A stretch of DNA of 64,000 nucleotides. Origin: Perna viridis (Eukaryota). This document shows positions 62,148 to 64,000 of the stretch, piece by piece. The stretch spans positions 62,021,597 to 62,085,596 of the forward strand of contig CM074512.1 in assembly GCA_037379345.1 (NCBI GenBank). Direction: 5' to 3'. A program made the position numbers and the translations under genes. The notes beneath the pieces were generated by a model. It worked only from the letters and a program-made list of their open reading frames with translations, did no database searches and was not told where the DNA came from. The stretch's first letter is position 1. Each line of letters opens with the position of its first letter.

Positions 62148-64000
62148 ATGAGTGCAAGACGAAAAAAGAAGGATGAAAAACCCCCTCCTGCAATTGGGCC
62201 GGGGAGTAAGATTATTTCTCTACCAGACCCATTAAAAAAGCACATAAAACGTGTTGGCGACACAAAGAAAGTTCATCTAAAGTTTGGGAATTGTAATTAT
62301 AAAACGTTACCGATTGAAATTTACAACAATGAGGAGCTTAGTCAATTAACAGTAAGATTTACAGCTGAAAATAACCGTCTGAAACGGTTACCAAAGGCAG
62401 TATCTGCCTTGGAAAACATAGAGTTCTTGGACATTGAAAATAACAATCTATCTGCATTTCCGGGTTCGGTGGCAAAAATGAAAAAGTTACAAATTCTCAA
62501 AATTGAAAATAATTCCATTAAGAAATTGCCTCCATCGATTCATAAAGCCACTGGATTAACTAAAATATTGGCAAAGAACAACCGAATACGTGGATTGCCG
62601 AAAAATATTGGAAAATCCGCAGTTGCCTACGTCGATGTTTCTGGAAATTTGATCAAAGCATTTAAAAAGGGAGTCTACGAAATGACTGCTGAAATTGATC
62701 TCTCGAACAACCGACTTACCGAAATGCCACCGGCTACCGTGAAGAAACCAAACATTCAGAAAATGGTATTGGCTAACAACGGCATTTCGTATGTCCCGGA
62801 CAATATCGATAAACTTCAAAGATTGACCTGGCTTGACCTCTCAAACAATTCCCTACAAGAACTTCCGGCTCAACTTGGTGGCGTAAAATTTCTCCATTTC
62901 TTAGACCTGAGTAACAACAACATCAAGAACCTACCGGAAGAGATATGCAATTTAGGATATGCGTTAGATACCCTTAATATTGCAAACAATGAAATTCCTG
63001 TTCTCCCGCACGAGATCGCCAAGCTGAAAAAGCTTCGAGTGTTCTACGTTCAGAACAACCAAGTGGAATATCTTCCTGAAGGAATTCGTGATCTGCCGAG
63101 TCTAAGTGTGCTCGATGTTTCTCAAAACAATTTGAACTCGATGAAATTTGCTGTGTATTTGAAGCAGCTGGAGACATTACATCTTTCAAAGAACCAAATT
63201 GAAGTTATCCCGGTGGAAATCGATCACATGAAATCTTTAGTGGCTTTAGATCTATCATGGAACAAGATTCGAGAGTTGCCGGATTCTGTTGGCAATGTTA
63301 AAACTATGAAATCATTAAATGTCGCAGGAAACAAGTTATTGATGCTACCGGAAACTCTTGGACAGGAGCAAGTGCTGACATTTCTGGATATTTCACATAA
63401 TAAACTAACTGCTGTACCACAGGATCTGCGCAAACTCAGAAACCTCGAAACGTTCAACCTTAGTCACAACGAGGTTGCCGCCATGCCGAAGTCCATAGAT
63501 TTCTTGTACCAACTTCGCTTACTAAACGTTGCCAGCAATGGTTTAACCGAACTTAACTTACCTAAAACACTTACCTCACTAAATTTGTCGGATAATCCAT
63601 TAACGATCAACCCGTCGGATTTACGCTCAGCATTAGTAGTTATCGGCGACAAGGACCATTTAAGGAATATCACCGAACTGACGCTATGCAAACTTAGTAT
63701 GGATGAAATTCCACCTGCCGTATTTAACATGCGTTGCTTGAAACACTTTGACGTGTCGGAAAATGCGCTTAAGAATCTTTCCGATATATGCAAGCTGAAA
63801 GCGTTAGAATCAATTAATGCTAGTAACAATGAATTGACTGAACTACCTGCAAAAATAGGTACATTAAACAAACTTCAGCGGTTAACTGTCAACAACAATG
63901 GAATTACCGAATTTCCCCCGACAATAGTTAAACTTGTGTCTTTGAATCATTTAGATATGTCTTTCAACAAAATGGGTATACTACCTGATAATTTCGGAGA
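62148..64000 (+). CDS. Large intracellular leucine-rich-repeat protein, 5' partial (more than 617 aa)
   Basis: Acceptor ttttttttacag at 62096, ATG at 62148 (MSARRKKKDEKPPPAIGPGS...). The frame is open to the window end, which is why the ORF track misses it. Roughly 24 LxxLxLxxNxLxxLPxxI repeats, e.g. LQRLTWLDLSNNSLQELPAQLGGVKFLHFLDLSNNNIKNLPEEI. No signal peptide. Confidence 0.93.
   Translation, partial: MSARRKKKDEKPPPAIGPGSKIISLPDPLKKHIKRVGDTKKVHLKFGNCNYKTLPIEIYNNEELSQLTVRFTAENNRLKRLPKAVSALENIEFLDIENNNLSAFPGSVAKMKKLQILKIENNSIKKLPPSIHKATGLTKILAKNNRIRGLPKNIGKSAVAYVDVSGNLIKAFKKGVYEMTAEIDLSNNRLTEMPPATVKKPNIQKMVLANNGISYVPDNIDKLQRLTWLDLSNNSLQELPAQLGGVKFLHFLDLSNNNIKNLPEEICNLGYALDTLNIANNEIPVLPHEIAKLKKLRVFYVQNNQVEYLPEGIRDLPSLSVLDVSQNNLNSMKFAVYLKQLETLHLSKNQIEVIPVEIDHMKSLVALDLSWNKIRELPDSVGNVKTMKSLNVAGNKLLMLPETLGQEQVLTFLDISHNKLTAVPQDLRKLRNLETFNLSHNEVAAMPKSIDFLYQLRLLNVASNGLTELNLPKTLTSLNLSDNPLTINPSDLRSALVVIGDKDHLRNITELTLCKLSMDEIPPAVFNMRCLKHFDVSENALKNLSDICKLKALESINASNNELTELPAKIGTLNKLQRLTVNNNGITEFPPTIVKLVSLNHLDMSFNKMGILPDNFG

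Noticed and set aside
62556-63871. Several minus-strand ORFs of 70-135 aa
   Set aside because: Antisense shadows of the LRR coding sequence.

Overview
AT-rich, intron-rich animal DNA. The repeat families point to a bivalve mollusc, probably oyster-like (inference). Most ORFs in the supplied track are spurious; the real genes were rebuilt exon by exon from GT-AG sites and reading phase. Four protein-coding loci: (1) the 3' half of a discs-large (DLG1-family MAGUK) gene on +, covering the HOOK linker and guanylate-kinase domain, stop at 8779; (2) a complete ENOX1/2-family RRM gene on -, 11 coding exons, 26431->15728, about 759 aa, with a Gly/Met/Asn/Gln-rich N-terminus; (3) a complete CENP-I gene on +, 18 exons, 29945->50266, about 727 aa, head-to-head with ENOX and with E2F/CHR promoter motifs; (4) the start of a large cytoplasmic leucine-rich-repeat gene on +, from 62148 and open past the window end. 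Introns and intergenic DNA hold many non-autonomous elements (hAT, Tc1/mariner and Tourist MITEs with target-site duplications, Helentron-type HINEs, SINEs, foldbacks, a Penelope/Naiad-like RT tail) and minisatellites. Most notable: a 49-bp minisatellite that copies a CENP-I splice donor ten times; strong enrichment of TACATGTA, with one direct TA->TACATGTA indel between paralogous MITEs that fits a Tc1-type excision footprint; candidate poison exons or recursive splice sites in ENOX; and candidate DLG micro-exons. No prokaryotic system, CRISPR array, rRNA or tRNA is supported, and no new biological system can be established from sequence alone.
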